Part shown: piece by piece, positions 24,025-34,923 of the stretch
How positions within the stretch are numbered: the first letter of the stretch is position 1
Layout of the letters: each line of letters begins with the position of its first letter
Assembly (NCBI GenBank): GCA_040401495.1
Contig: JBBAOI010000009.1
DNA length: 64,000 nucleotides
Reading direction: 5' to 3' (one strand)
From: Limnohabitans sp.
Lineage (GTDB): Bacteria; Pseudomonadota; Gammaproteobacteria; Burkholderiales; Burkholderiaceae_C
Notes under the pieces: generated by a model
What the model was told of the DNA's origin: nothing
Database searches by the model: none
The model's input: only the letters and a program-made list of their open reading frames with translations
Program-made: the position numbers and the translations under genes

Positions 24025-27000
24025 ACGTTTGCCGCAGGTTCAACCAAGTTCACTGCAGACTCCATGTCAACGGCAACGATACGCGAAACCCCCTGCTCTT
24101 GCATGGTCACGCCAATGAGTTGTTCGGCCATTTCCATGGCGATCTTGTTGTGCGAGATGTAAAGAAACTGGGTTTCACCCGACATGCGAGTGACCAACTT
24201 GGCATAGCGTTCAGTATTGGCATCATCCAAAGGCGCATCCACCTCGTCAAGCAAACAAAACGGCGCTGGGTTAAGTTGGAAAATCGCAAACACCAAGGCA
24301 ATGGCTGTGAGCGCTTTTTCGCCTCCTGACAACAAATAGATAGTTTGGTTCTTCTTGCCTGGCGGTTGTGCCATGACTTGCACGCCCGAATCCAAAATTT
24401 CGTCTCCTGTCATGACCAATTTAGCGGTACCACCACCAAACAATTCGGGGAACATGCGACCAAAATGTTGGTTCACCGTCTCGAAGGTGTCGCCCAGCAG
24501 TTGCCGTGTTTCTGCATCTATTTTGCGAATGGCGTCTTCTAGCGTGGTAATGGCTTCGTTCAAGTCGGCGGATTGGGCGTCAAGAAAGGTTTTGCGTTCT
24601 CGGGCGGTTCCCAACTCTTCCAAAGCCGCCAAGTTCACCGCACCCAGGGCTTGAATGTCACGCTGCATTTGATCGATCTCAGACGACAAGCCAGACAACT
24701 TGACCGATTCTTGCTCGATGCTGGCAGCGACTACCTCTAGGTCTGTTTGCGCGTCCAGTAACAACTGGTCGTACTGCTCAAACCCCAGACGAGCCGCTTG
24801 CGCCTTGAGTTGGATGTCCATAATGCGTTGACGCAAAGGCTCAAGTTGATGCTCTATCTTGAGTCTTTCTTCGTTGCTGGTGCGCAAACGGTTGGTCAAG
24901 TCATCGTATTCATTGCGTTTGCTGGCCAACAAGGTTTCGCGCTCAAGTTGGAGGGCCAAAGCGTCTTGTAGGCCAGCACGGGCGGAGGTGTCGCTCAACA
25001 CATTAAGTTCTTCTTGCTGGCGGCTTTGCTCGTTGTTTAAATTTTCAATTTGCTTGGCTGCGGTGTCTTGGGTGCGCTGCAATTCTTGCTTGCGCGCTTT
25101 CAAGCTGCGAACTTGAAATTCAGCCTCTTGGCATTGCTTATCGGTTTGCTGCAAAGATTCACGCAAGCTTTGAAATTCTTTTTCCTTCGCCAAAGATACA
25201 TCCTGCAATTGGGCGTGGCGCTCTTGGGTTTGCGCTAACTGCAAGTCAAGCTCTTCAAATTTGGCTTGGGCGGCTTGCTGCTTTTGTTCAAGCGTGGAAG
25301 CCTGGCTTTGCAATTCGGCAACTTCTGTTGCCAACTGGCCTTGGCGCTCGCGTACCTGCTGGGCTTGTTGTTGAAGACGCAATACATCCACATTCAAGGC
25401 ATGAGACTTGGCTTGGGCTTCAGAGGACTGTTGTCGCAACTGGGTGCGCTGGGTAGCCGCTTGGCTTGCAGCAGACTCAGCACGCGCCAACTGGGTGCGG
25501 GCCTCATCTGTCATCAGAGATTGGGCACGGATTTGTTTGTCCAAGTTTTCAATTTCTTGGGCACGGGCCAGCAAACCAGCTTGCTCTGAGTCTTGAGCAT
25601 AAAAATGCACGCTGTGCAAACCTACGGCATGACCTTGGGGAATAAACAATTGTTCGCCAGGCTGCAACTTGTCACGCAATGACAGTGCGGAGTCCAAATT
25701 CGGGGCGGTGTAACAACCTGTTAACCACTCTGCAAGCAAACCTTTCAGTGCAGCATCGTCTACTCTTAACTGCTCTAACAAGGGTGAAAGCGAGCTAGAT
25801 TTGCTTGAAGAAACAGCAACCGCAGGGCTGTAAAAACTCAGCTTCGCCAAAGGCACATCCGACGCAAAAGACTTGACGGTATCGAGCTTGCTGACCTCTA
25901 GGGCTGCCAAGCGTTCGCGTAAAGCGGCTTCAAAGGCTTGTTCCCAGCCAGGGGTGACATGAACGCGGTTCCACAGGGGTTTGAGGTTTTGTAAGCCATG
26001 CTTGGCCAACCAAGGCACCAAGCGCTCGTCTGTACGCAGTTTTTCTTGCAAAGCCGTAAGCGCTTGATGACGTGCTTGCAATTCGACCAATTTGGCCGAT
26101 TGTTGGTTGCTGTTGTCTTGCGCGGTCTTACGCGCCTCTTCCAAGCTAGGGGTTTGCGATTCCAAATTTTGCAGATCTTGCGACAACTGTTGGGCTGTCG
26201 TTTGGGCTTGAACCAACTGAGCCTCAATGCGTTCGACATGGCTGTTGTCAGGTGCAGTCAGCGCATGTTGATCGAGCTGTAATCGATTTTGCCGCTGCTC
26301 GAGTTGGCTCAACTGATCTTGCAACCCACGTTGCTCGGCAGCCAAAACTTGGATTTGTTGCTGCACTTGGGTGACCACGGCGGCTTGGTCTTGCGACACC
26401 TTTAAAGCATCACGCCAATTTTTTTCGAATGCGGGTTGCTGCTGATCCAAGGTTTGGCGCTGTTGCTGGGTGTTTTCAAGCAGCGATTGAGCCTGCGATT
26501 GCTCATGGGTCAAAGCCTGGGTTTGTTCACTGGCTTGGGTTGCTTGTTCGGACCATTGCGCCAATTGCGCTTGAATTTGCAGCAAACGCTCTTGCGCCCG
26601 TTGCCGACCTTCCACCACAAAACGAATTTCCGCCTCAAGCCGTCCAACCTCGGCCGTCGCTTGGTAGAGCTGACCTTGGGCTTGGTTAACTTGCTCGCCC
26701 GAATCGTAGTGCGCTTGACGCAGCGTTTCTATCTGACTTTCGGTATGCCGCAAATCGGCCGTTTTAGCTTCAAGCGCATTACTGGCTTGCTCGGTTTGTT
26801 GCTGCAATTGGGTTTGGCTGACCTCGGCTTCTGCACGCTTTAAGAACCACAACTGGTGTTGCTTGAGGGTGGACTGGCTTTGCAGGTCTTTAAAGCGCTG
26901 GGCTACCTCGGCTTGGCGTTCGAGCTTTTCCAAATTGGCGTTCAATTCACGCAGAATATCTTCGACGCGGGTGAGGTTTTCTCGGGTATCCCCAAGTCGG

Positions 27001-27545
27001 TTTTCGGTTTCGCGACGACGCTCTTTGTATTTGGAAACACCGGCGGCTTCCTCTAAAAACAAACGCAACTCTTCAGGCTTGGATTCGATGATGCGACTGA
27101 TGGTGCCTTGGCCAATGATGGCGTAGGCACGTGGCCCTAAGCCTGTGCCAAGAAAAACATCTTGCACATCGCGACGGCGCACCGGTTGGTTATTGATGTA
27201 GTAGCTGCTGGTGCCGTCTCGGGTCAGCACACGTTTGACGGCAATTTCAGCAAACTGGTTCCACTGTCCACCTGCGCGGTGCGTGGCATTGTCAAACACC
27301 AGTTCAACACTGGCTCGGCTAGAGGGTTTCCTGCTGGTGGTGCCATTGAAAATCACATCCTGCATGGACTCACCACGCAGTTCGCTGGCGCGGCTCTCGC
27401 CCAAGACCCATCGAACAGCATCAATGATGTTGGATTTGCCACAGCCGTTGGGGCCCACCACCCCTACCAATTGGCCTGGCAATAAAAAATTCGTCGGATC
27501 AGCAAAAGACTTGAAACCGGAGAGCTTGATCGAATTAAGACGCAC
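24021..27545 (-). CDS. smc: Chromosome segregation protein SMC
   Basis: 1174-aa ORF with a GTG start. It has Walker A GPNGCGKSNIIDAVRWVLGE, long Q/E/L-rich coiled coils, signature LSGGEKALTAIALVFAIF and Walker B FCLLDEVDAPLDD. Confidence 0.95.
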
Positions 27546-27586
27546 CTAAAGCCCTTTAAAAAGGTTAAATCGTTGAGGAATAAAAA

Positions 27587-27943
27587 TCAGGTAGCAGACT
27601 TCAAATCTTTTTCAATCCATTCACCCACTTCAGTCAAAAGGTTTTGCAAGGGGGGGATGGCTTTGGCGATGTCGACTGCAAGTTCAGCCAAATGCTTGGC
27701 TCGGCTCATGGCTTCGAGTTGAATCATCTGCTGACTGAGTTCGGGGCCGCATAAAAAAGTGACGTAGCCTTTGAGTGAGTGCAGCAAGCGCTGAACTGGT
27801 TCGCTGTCTTGGCTGGTCAAGGCCGCGTTCAATGAAGCCAAGTCTTTTTCCAAGCTTTCCTTGAAGGTTTGCGCCAAATTCAACATCTGCGCCTGATCCA
27901 TGGCGAATTCTTGGGCTTTGCTGGGGTCGAGGAAGCTGTACAT
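27587..27943 (-). CDS. Stand-alone histidine phosphotransfer (Hpt) domain protein
   Basis: 118-aa ORF with helical composition and Hpt signature VQRLLHSLKGYVTF. It ends 41 nt upstream of the smc start on the same strand. Confidence 0.7.
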   Translation of the reverse strand: MYSFLDPSKAQEFAMDQAQMLNLAQTFKESLEKDLASLNAALTSQDSEPVQRLLHSLKGYVTFLCGPELSQQMIQLEAMSRAKHLAELAVDIAKAIPPLQNLLTEVGEWIEKDLKSAT

Positions 27944-27963
27944 AGGCCCCGATAATATCAGCC

Positions 27964-29166
27964 ATGAACCCCCATCTTGCCCAACTTCAGCCCTATCCGT
28001 TTGAGCGTTTACGCCATTTGTTTACAGGCGTCAGCCCCAAACCAGACTTAACCGCTATCAGCCTAGGTATTGGCGAACCGCGTCACCCCGCTCCAGCCTT
28101 GGTTTTGCAGGCTTTAGCAGCAAATATGGAGGCTTTGTCAGTTTATCCAGCCACGACTGGTGGCTTGGCATTGCGTCACGCTTGCAGCGACTGGCTCAAA
28201 CGTCGCTACCAAGTTAACGCTGACCCCGCCAGGCAAGTTCTGCCCGTGAATGGTTCTCGCGAAGCCTTGTTCGCTTTTGCGCAAACCGTATTGAATGGTG
28301 CCTGCGATTCTTTGGTGGTCTGTCCCAACCCGTTCTATCAAATCTACGAAGGTGCAAGCCTGCTTGCAGGCGCCAAGCCCTATTTTGTGGCCAGTAGGCC
28401 TGAAAACAATTTTGCAGTGGACTGGGACAGTGTTCCCAAAGCCGTTTGGGCCAAAACTCAGCTCGTTTTTGTCTGCTCGCCCGGCAACCCTACTGGTGCA
28501 GTGATGCCCTTGACCGAGTGGCAGAAATTGTTTGATCTCTCAGACGAGTACGGCTTTGTGTTGGCCAGCGACGAGTGCTACAGCGAAATCTATTTTGGTG
28601 ACAAACCGCCGCTTGGTGGGCTAGAAGCAGCGGTGCTTTCAGGCCGCCCAGATTTTCGAAATTTGGTCAGCTTCACCAGCTTGTCCAAGCGCAGCAATGT
28701 GCCCGGTATGCGAAGCGGCTTCGTGGCTGGCGACGCCCGGCTTATAGAGGCTTTTTTGCGCTACCGCACCTACCATGGCAGCGCCATGAGCGGCATGGTT
28801 CAAGCTGCCAGTATCGCGGCTTGGAGTGATGAAGTGCATGTTGAAGAAAACCGTGCTTTGTACAGAGAAAAATTCGCTCAAATCACCCCTGTCTTGTCCC
28901 AAGTGCTGGATGTCGCTTTGCCTGACGCGGGTTTTTACCTTTGGGCAGGTGTGCCGGGTGGTGACGATGAGGCTTTTGCGGTTGAATTGCTGGCTCAATA
29001 CAATGTCACTGTGTTGCCAGGTCGGTATTTGGCGCGAGAAGTCAATGGCGTCAACCCAGGCCAAGGCCGAATTCGCATGGCTTTGGTCGCACAACCTCAG
29101 GAATGTCTTGAGGCGGCACAACGTATCGTTCAATTTGTTCAATCCCATTACCCATCATCCACATGA
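27964..29166 (+). CDS. dapC: Succinyldiaminopimelate transaminase
   Basis: 400-aa class I/II aminotransferase. The N-terminus is [20 protein letters not shown] and the PLP-lysine context is [14 protein letters not shown]. It heads dapD-dapE. Confidence 0.88.
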   Translation: MNPHLAQLQPYPFERLRHLFTGVSPKPDLTAISLGIGEPRHPAPALVLQALAANMEALSVYPATTGGLALRHACSDWLKRRYQVNADPARQVLPVNGSREALFAFAQTVLNGACDSLVVCPNPFYQIYEGASLLAGAKPYFVASRPENNFAVDWDSVPKAVWAKTQLVFVCSPGNPTGAVMPLTEWQKLFDLSDEYGFVLASDECYSEIYFGDKPPLGGLEAAVLSGRPDFRNLVSFTSLSKRSNVPGMRSGFVAGDARLIEAFLRYRTYHGSAMSGMVQAASIAAWSDEVHVEENRALYREKFAQITPVLSQVLDVALPDAGFYLWAGVPGGDDEAFAVELLAQYNVTVLPGRYLAREVNGVNPGQGRIRMALVAQPQECLEAAQRIVQFVQSHYPSST

Positions 29167-29987
29167 GCCAACAACTGCAATCCATTATTGACACCGCTTG
29201 GGAAAATCGCACCCAGTACAGCCCTTCCTCTGCACCCAAAGAATTGAGCGACGCCGTTGAGCACGTCATTGCCGAACTCAATGCGGGCCGCTTGAGGGTG
29301 GCCACCCGCGAAGCTGTAGGGCAATGGACTACGCATCAGTGGATCAAAAAAGCGGTTTTGCTGTCCTTTCGCTTGAAAGACAACGCCGTGGTCAAAGCAG
29401 GTGACTTGGGCTTTTATGACAAAGTACAAACCAAGTTCTCCAACATGGATGAGGCCCAGATGAAAGCCAGCGGAGTACGTGTGGTGCCGCCTGCGGTGGC
29501 GCGTCGTGGCAGCTACATTGCCAAAGGTGCCATCTTGATGCCCAGCTACGTCAATATTGGCGCCTATGTGGACGAAAACACCATGGTTGACACTTGGGCC
29601 ACCGTTGGCTCTTGCGCACAAATTGGCAAGAACGTACACCTCTCGGGTGGTGTGGGCATAGGCGGCGTTTTAGAGCCTGTGCAAGCCAACCCCACCATCA
29701 TTGAAGACAACTGCTTCATTGGCGCACGTTCTGAGGTGGTCGAAGGCGTCATCATCGAAGAAAACTCGGTTATCTCCATGGGCGTGTACATCGGTCAAAG
29801 TACCAAAATTTACGACCGCGCCACTGGCGAAGTGACCTATGGACGGGTTCCCTCTGGATCGGTGGTGGTGTCTGGCAACCTCCCCAGTGCGGACGGCAAA
29901 TACAGTCTTTACTGCGCCGTCATTGTCAAACGGGTAGACGCACAAACACGTGCCAAAACCAGCTTGAACGATTTGCTGCGCGACTGA
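29163..29987 (+). CDS. dapD: 2,3,4,5-tetrahydropyridine-2,6-dicarboxylate N-succinyltransferase
   Basis: 274-aa ORF with N-terminus [16 protein letters not shown] and left-handed beta-helix hexapeptide repeats. It has a 4-nt overlap with dapC. Confidence 0.93.
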   Translation: MSQQLQSIIDTAWENRTQYSPSSAPKELSDAVEHVIAELNAGRLRVATREAVGQWTTHQWIKKAVLLSFRLKDNAVVKAGDLGFYDKVQTKFSNMDEAQMKASGVRVVPPAVARRGSYIAKGAILMPSYVNIGAYVDENTMVDTWATVGSCAQIGKNVHLSGGVGIGGVLEPVQANPTIIEDNCFIGARSEVVEGVIIEENSVISMGVYIGQSTKIYDRATGEVTYGRVPSGSVVVSGNLPSADGKYSLYCAVIVKRVDAQTRAKTSLNDLLRD

Positions 29988-29988
29988 G

Positions 29989-31146
29989 ATGTCTGCCACC
30001 CTTGAGTTGACCGAGCAACTGATTGCTCGCCCCTCTGTCACCCCAGATGATGCCGGATGCTTAGAGATTTTAGGCAACCGTTTACTCGCTTGCAAATTTG
30101 AATCAGAGCGTTTGAACTTCGGCCCAGACAACTTCAGGGTGAGCAATTTGTGGGCGATCAAGCGCAGCTCCTCACAAGCACCCACTTTGGTGTTTGCAGG
30201 TCACACCGATGTGGTTCCTACCGGCCCTTTAAACCAATGGACCACAGACCCTTTCACCCCAAGCCACCGCGATGGCAAATTGTTTGGGCGTGGTGCCAGT
30301 GATATGAAAACTTCTTTGGCTGCCATGGTGGTTGCGACAGAAGAGTTTTTAAAGCAAGAAGCCCATCCTCGGTTTTCCATAGCCTTCTTGCTGACCAGCG
30401 ATGAAGAAGGTCCCTCAGTAGATGGCACAGTCAAAGTTGTTGAGTGGCTTGAGTCTCGAGAAGAAAAACTTGATTGGTGCATCGTAGGTGAACCCACGGC
30501 AGTTCACCGCATTGGGGACATGGTTAAAAACGGTCGCCGAGGCACACTGAGTGGCAAACTCACCATCAAAGGCATTCAAGGTCATATTGCCTATCCGCAA
30601 CTGGCCAGCAACCCTATCCATTTGTTTGCACCTGCCTTGGCCGAATTAACCACAACCAGCTGGGATAAGGGCAATGATTTCTTTCAACCGACCAGCTGGC
30701 AAGTGAGCAATATCCATGCAGGTACAGGGGCAAACAATGTCATCCCCGCAGAAGTGGTGGTTGATTTCAATTTCCGATTCAGTACCGAATCAACCGCTGA
30801 CGAGTTAAAGCAAGGCTTGGAAGCTGTGTTGCGCAAACACCAACTGGATTTCAACTTGACATGGACCTTAGGGGGCTTGCCGTTCCTAACCATCCCTGGT
30901 GATTTATTGGGCGTTGTTCAAGCAGCCATTCAAGCCGAAACGGGTGTTAACACAGAGCTTTCCACAACAGGTGGCACCAGCGATGCGCGTTTCATTGCCC
31001 AAATATGCCCCCAAGTCATTGAACTGGGCCCACCCAATGACAGCATTCACAAAATTAACGAGTATGTCCGCGTGAGCGATATAGATACATTGAAAAATAT
31101 TTACCTGCGGATTTTGCAAGGCTTGCAGCGCCATACCAGCGCATGA
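29989..31146 (+). CDS. dapE: Succinyl-diaminopimelate desuccinylase
   Basis: 385-aa M20 peptidase with motifs [19 protein letters not shown] and TSDEEG. Confidence 0.93.
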   Translation: MSATLELTEQLIARPSVTPDDAGCLEILGNRLLACKFESERLNFGPDNFRVSNLWAIKRSSSQAPTLVFAGHTDVVPTGPLNQWTTDPFTPSHRDGKLFGRGASDMKTSLAAMVVATEEFLKQEAHPRFSIAFLLTSDEEGPSVDGTVKVVEWLESREEKLDWCIVGEPTAVHRIGDMVKNGRRGTLSGKLTIKGIQGHIAYPQLASNPIHLFAPALAELTTTSWDKGNDFFQPTSWQVSNIHAGTGANNVIPAEVVVDFNFRFSTESTADELKQGLEAVLRKHQLDFNLTWTLGGLPFLTIPGDLLGVVQAAIQAETGVNTELSTTGGTSDARFIAQICPQVIELGPPNDSIHKINEYVRVSDIDTLKNIYLRILQGLQRHTSA

Positions 31147-32006
31147 CAGTTTTTGAATTGATTGAAAACTGCGCCAAGGCCTTAACTGATGCAGGGGTGA
31201 GCTTTGGCCAAGGTACGTTGCAAGCCGCTGACGAAGCCGCTTGGTTGGTTCTTTGGAAGTTAGGCCTGCCTTTGGATGTAGATACCCATACGCTGCTTGA
31301 TGACCTGCCAGACGCTTGTGTTCAAGACGTTCTGAGTTTATTGACCCAGCGTATTCAAACCCGCAAGCCCTTGGCTTATTTGACCCAAGAAGCTTGGCTG
31401 CAAGGCGTGTCTTTTTATGTGGATGAACGCTGCTTGATTGCGCGCAGCTTGATTGCCGAGGTGTTAGCGGATGGCAGCATTGACCCTTGGCTAAATCCAA
31501 AGGCAAGCAACGCTCTGGATTTATGCACAGGCGGAGGCAGTCTTGCGGTCTTGGTCGGCCTTGCCTACCCACAACTCGACGTGCAGGCCTTGGACATCTC
31601 AGAGGATGCGTTGGCGGTTGCAGCCATCAATGTGCAAAGACATGGTTTGCAAGAACGTGTAAAGCTTGTTGCGTCGGATGGTTTAGCAAAAGCCCAAGGC
31701 ATGTTCGATCTAATTGTCTGCAATCCTCCCTATGTCAATACCCAAAGCATGGCATTGCTTCCCCTTGAGTTTCAAGCCGAACCCCCCTTGGCCTTGGCTG
31801 GTGGCAGCGACGGCATGGACTTCATTCGCCAGTTACTTCAAGAAGTCCCCTCTTTTATGAAAGAAGATGGCATCTTGGTATTGGAAATTGGTCATGAGTA
31901 TGAACATTTCATAGCTGCATTTCCGACACTTGAATTCACCGGCCTGTCTACAAGTACAGGCGATACACAGGTACTGCTGATCACGCAATCGGCATTGTTG
32001 GCATGA
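31143..32006 (+). CDS. prmB: Ribosomal protein uL3 glutamine N5-methyltransferase
   Basis: 287-aa ORF with PrmB-type N-domain ([39 protein letters not shown]), SAM site [11 protein letters not shown] and catalytic NPPY. Confidence 0.85.
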   Translation: MTVFELIENCAKALTDAGVSFGQGTLQAADEAAWLVLWKLGLPLDVDTHTLLDDLPDACVQDVLSLLTQRIQTRKPLAYLTQEAWLQGVSFYVDERCLIARSLIAEVLADGSIDPWLNPKASNALDLCTGGGSLAVLVGLAYPQLDVQALDISEDALAVAAINVQRHGLQERVKLVASDGLAKAQGMFDLIVCNPPYVNTQSMALLPLEFQAEPPLALAGGSDGMDFIRQLLQEVPSFMKEDGILVLEIGHEYEHFIAAFPTLEFTGLSTSTGDTQVLLITQSALLA

Positions 32007-33937
32007 TCACACTTAAAAATATCAGTTTGCGCCGCGGTGCAAAAATTCTGCTTGACCAAACCTCGGTGAGTTTGAATCCAGGGGAAAAAGTGGGCTTGGT
32101 GGGCAGAAATGGGGCAGGCAAATCGTCCTTGTTCGCCTTGCTCAACAAAACGTTGACGGAGGACTCCGGAGAGTTTGAAATTCCTTCTCAATGGCGAATG
32201 GGCCAAGTGGCACAAGACATGCCAGAGACCGATGCCAGTGCAACAGACTTTGTGATTGAAGGCGACACCGAGTTGGTGGCAGCACGGGCCGAGGTGACTG
32301 CTGCCGAGGCCACGGACGACGGTGAACGCATGGCCAATGCCTATATGGCCTTGCATGATGCTGGTGAACACGATGCCGCTTCCCGCGCACAGGCGTTGAT
32401 ACAGGGCTTGGGATTCAAAACCCTTGAACTTAACAAGCCAGTCAACAGTTTTTCCGGTGGATGGCGTATGCGCTTGCAGCTGGCCCGAGCCTTGATGTGC
32501 CCAACCGAGTTGCTGTTGTTGGACGAGCCTACCAATCACTTGGACTTGGATGCATTGGTATGGCTTGAAGCGTGGCTCAAACGCTATGAAGGCACCTTGT
32601 TAGTGATCAGCCATGACCGAGAGTTCTTAGACGCTGTTACCAATGTCACCTTGCATATTGATGCGGGAAAATTAGTGCGCTACGGTGGCAATTACAGCAA
32701 GTTTGAAGACATGCGTGCTGAACAAATGACCTTGCAACAAAATGCTTTTGCCAAGCAGCAAGACAAGATTGCACACTTGCAAAAATTCATTGCCAGGTTC
32801 AAAGCCAAAGCAAGCAAAGCCAAGCAAGCACAAAGCCGTGTCAAGGCTTTGGATCGCATGGAAAAAATTGCACCGCTTTTATCTGAAGCTGATTTTCAAT
32901 TTGAATTCAAAGAGCCTGCCAATCTCCCCAACCCCATGCTGTCTATGCAGCATGTGGACTTTGGCTACCCCGCAGCAAGTGACGCCGCCGATGGTGCTTT
33001 GCCTACCGTGATTGTTCGAGATGTCAGCAAGTCAGTGTTGGCCGGACAACGAATTGGTATTTTGGGTGCCAACGGTCAAGGTAAATCCACAGTGGTAAAA
33101 ACCATCGCACGAGATCTTGCCGCCATCAACGGTGAAATCACCGAGGGTAAGGGCTTGAACATCGGCTATTTTGCTCAACAAGAATTGGATGTGCTGCGCC
33201 CTGCAGACAACCCGCTTGACCACATGATTGCGCTTGCCAAAAAAGTAGCTGCTGAGGGAAAATTGGCTGGACAGGCTTCACGAGAACAAGACTTACGCAG
33301 CTTTTTGGGTCAGTTCAACTTTGGCGGCGACATGGTCAAGCAAAGTGTGGGCAGCATGAGCGGGGGTGAGAAAGCCCGCTTGGTGCTTTGCATGATGGTG
33401 TGGCAGCGACCCAATTTGCTGCTGCTCGATGAGCCTACCAATCACCTTGATTTGGCCACCCGAGAGGCGCTCTCGATGGCGCTCAATGAATTTGAAGGCA
33501 CTGTCATGTTGGTCAGTCACGACCGCGCCCTGCTTCGCGCAGTATGCGATGAGTTTTGGCTGGTCTCCAAAGGCGGCATTGCGCCGTTTGATGGCGACTT
33601 GGATGACTACCAACAGTTCTTGCTCGACGAGGCTAAACGGATGAAAGCTTTGGCACAGGCAGAACAGGCGCAACTTCAACAAAAAGTGCAGGCCGCTGCT
33701 GCAAAACCTTCACTGCCCAAAACACCCCCGCAAGGTTCATACAAAAAACAGCAGCGCCTTGAGTCCGATATGCAAACCCTAGAGCAAGAAAAAGAGAAGT
33801 TGACTCAGTCCATGTCTTTGACCACCGTACCCACAGAGTTAGCCAGGTTAGGAAAACAATTACAAAACACAGAGGATCAACTCTTACAGCTCGAAGCCCA
33901 ATGGCTTGAATTGCTTGAACAGTCAGAGAAAGCTTGA
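32003..33937 (+). CDS. ABC-F family ATP-binding protein (YheS/Uup-like, no membrane domain)
   Basis: 644-aa ORF with two cassettes: Walker A GRNGAGKSS and GANGQGKST, signatures FSGGWRMRL and MSGGEKARL. The C-terminus is coiled-coil. Confidence 0.9.
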   Translation: MITLKNISLRRGAKILLDQTSVSLNPGEKVGLVGRNGAGKSSLFALLNKTLTEDSGEFEIPSQWRMGQVAQDMPETDASATDFVIEGDTELVAARAEVTAAEATDDGERMANAYMALHDAGEHDAASRAQALIQGLGFKTLELNKPVNSFSGGWRMRLQLARALMCPTELLLLDEPTNHLDLDALVWLEAWLKRYEGTLLVISHDREFLDAVTNVTLHIDAGKLVRYGGNYSKFEDMRAEQMTLQQNAFAKQQDKIAHLQKFIARFKAKASKAKQAQSRVKALDRMEKIAPLLSEADFQFEFKEPANLPNPMLSMQHVDFGYPAASDAADGALPTVIVRDVSKSVLAGQRIGILGANGQGKSTVVKTIARDLAAINGEITEGKGLNIGYFAQQELDVLRPADNPLDHMIALAKKVAAEGKLAGQASREQDLRSFLGQFNFGGDMVKQSVGSMSGGEKARLVLCMMVWQRPNLLLLDEPTNHLDLATREALSMALNEFEGTVMLVSHDRALLRAVCDEFWLVSKGGIAPFDGDLDDYQQFLLDEAKRMKALAQAEQAQLQQKVQAAAAKPSLPKTPPQGSYKKQQRLESDMQTLEQEKEKLTQSMSLTTVPTELARLGKQLQNTEDQLLQLEAQWLELLEQSEKA

Positions 33938-33952
33938 ACAAGTAGCACACAT

Positions 33953-33987
33953 AAAAAAAAGCCAGCTCTGTTTGAACTGGCTTTTTT
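33953..33987. terminator. Bidirectional intrinsic terminator
   Basis: A8-run, hairpin GCCAGCTC-TGTT-TGAACTGGC (one mismatch), then T6-run. It sits between the ABC-F stop (33937) and the 3' end of the convergent tRNA-Lys (34002). Confidence 0.7.
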
Positions 33988-34001
33988 GTCTGCGATGGGG
34001 G

Positions 34002-34077
34002 TGGTAGGACGTGCTGGATTCGAACCAGCGACCAACGGATTAAAAGTCCGCTGCTCTACCAACTGAGCTAACGTCCC
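34002..34077 (-). tRNA. tRNA-Lys (anticodon UUU)
   Basis: The reverse complement is GGGACGTTAGCTCAGTTGGTAGAGCAGCGGACTTTTAATCCGTTGGTCGCTGGTTCGAATCCAGCACGTCCTACCA, 76 nt. It folds by hand into a cloverleaf: D stem GCTC/GAGC, anticodon loop CTTTTAA, T stem GCTGG/CCAGC with TTCGAAT loop, and an encoded CCA. Pair 1-72 is G-U. Confidence 0.93.
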
Positions 34078-34152
34078 ATCTTGATGCTTACATGCTTTTG
34101 GCGGTTCAGCAAAGCCGTAAAGTATAACTGTTTTTTGTCAATTTTTGTGCCT

Positions 34153-34923
34153 CTATACGGCAGATTTTTGGGACAACAGGTCTAATACCCAAGCAGCTGC
34201 GCAGTTGCCAAATGTCGCGGTGACGGTGACCACTGAACCATAGCCATGGCAGTTCAATGAGCTGTCTCTTTGCGCATCAACTACTTGCGAGGGTGCCACA
34301 CTTTCTTTGCTAAAAACAGCAGTAATTCCCATGGGCTTTGCGGCAGCTGGGACGGCGTTTTGCTTGCGAAGACGTTGGCGCAATTGGGACAGCAAAGGGT
34401 CATGGGTAACATCAGCCAAATCTGCCACATCAACTTTGTGGGGCTTACGTTTGCCACCGGCCGCCCCTACCGTGATAAAGGGCGCATGGGTGGCCAAAGC
34501 CCAAACAGCCATGGCTTGCTTGGCAGCCATTTGGTCGCAAGCATCTATAACTGCATCTGCTTGCACAGACAATAAGGCAGTGCAATTTTCAGGCGTCAGA
34601 AATTCCTCGACCGCAGCCACTTGGCAATCTGGGTGAATGAGGTAAATTCTTTCTTTAAGCGCAAGCACTTTGGACATGCCAAAAGTGGTCGTCAAAGCCG
34701 GCAGTTGACGGTTGATATTGGATTCAGAAATATGATCCAAATCAATCAAGGTCAAAGCTCTTACGCCGCTGCGGGCAAGACACTCCACTGCCCATGAGCC
34801 TACACCGCCTACACCGACCACCACAACATGGCTTTGACGAATTTGTTGGGCGCCAATTTCTCCATACAAACGTGAAAGACCACTGAAGCGTCTGTCAGCA
34901 TCTGAGACGTCTTCAAATATCAC
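34153..34923 (-). CDS. tcdA: tRNA threonylcarbamoyladenosine dehydratase (ThiF-family, TcdA/CsdL)
   Basis: 256-aa ORF with N-terminus RRFSGLSRLYG and dinucleotide fold VVVVGVGGVGSWAVECLARSG. Its ATG overlaps the cpoB stop. Confidence 0.82.
   Translation of the reverse strand: MIFEDVSDADRRFSGLSRLYGEIGAQQIRQSHVVVVGVGGVGSWAVECLARSGVRALTLIDLDHISESNINRQLPALTTTFGMSKVLALKERIYLIHPDCQVAAVEEFLTPENCTALLSVQADAVIDACDQMAAKQAMAVWALATHAPFITVGAAGGKRKPHKVDVADLADVTHDPLLSQLRQRLRKQNAVPAAAKPMGITAVFSKESVAPSQVVDAQRDSSLNCHGYGSVVTVTATFGNCAAAWVLDLLSQKSAV

Noticed and set aside
33877-34062. 61-aa ORF (MVEQRTFNPLVAGSNPARPTT..) on the minus strand
   Set aside because: It overlaps the tRNA-Lys gene. The peptide FNPLVAGSNPA is the classic artefact of translating a tRNA T-arm and acceptor region.
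34078-34152. Dedicated sigma70 promoter for tRNA-Lys
   Set aside because: A TTGACA is present (34141-34136), but the only good -10-like hexamer (TATACT, 34126-34121) is 9 nt away. No element lies at a 16-18 nt spacing.
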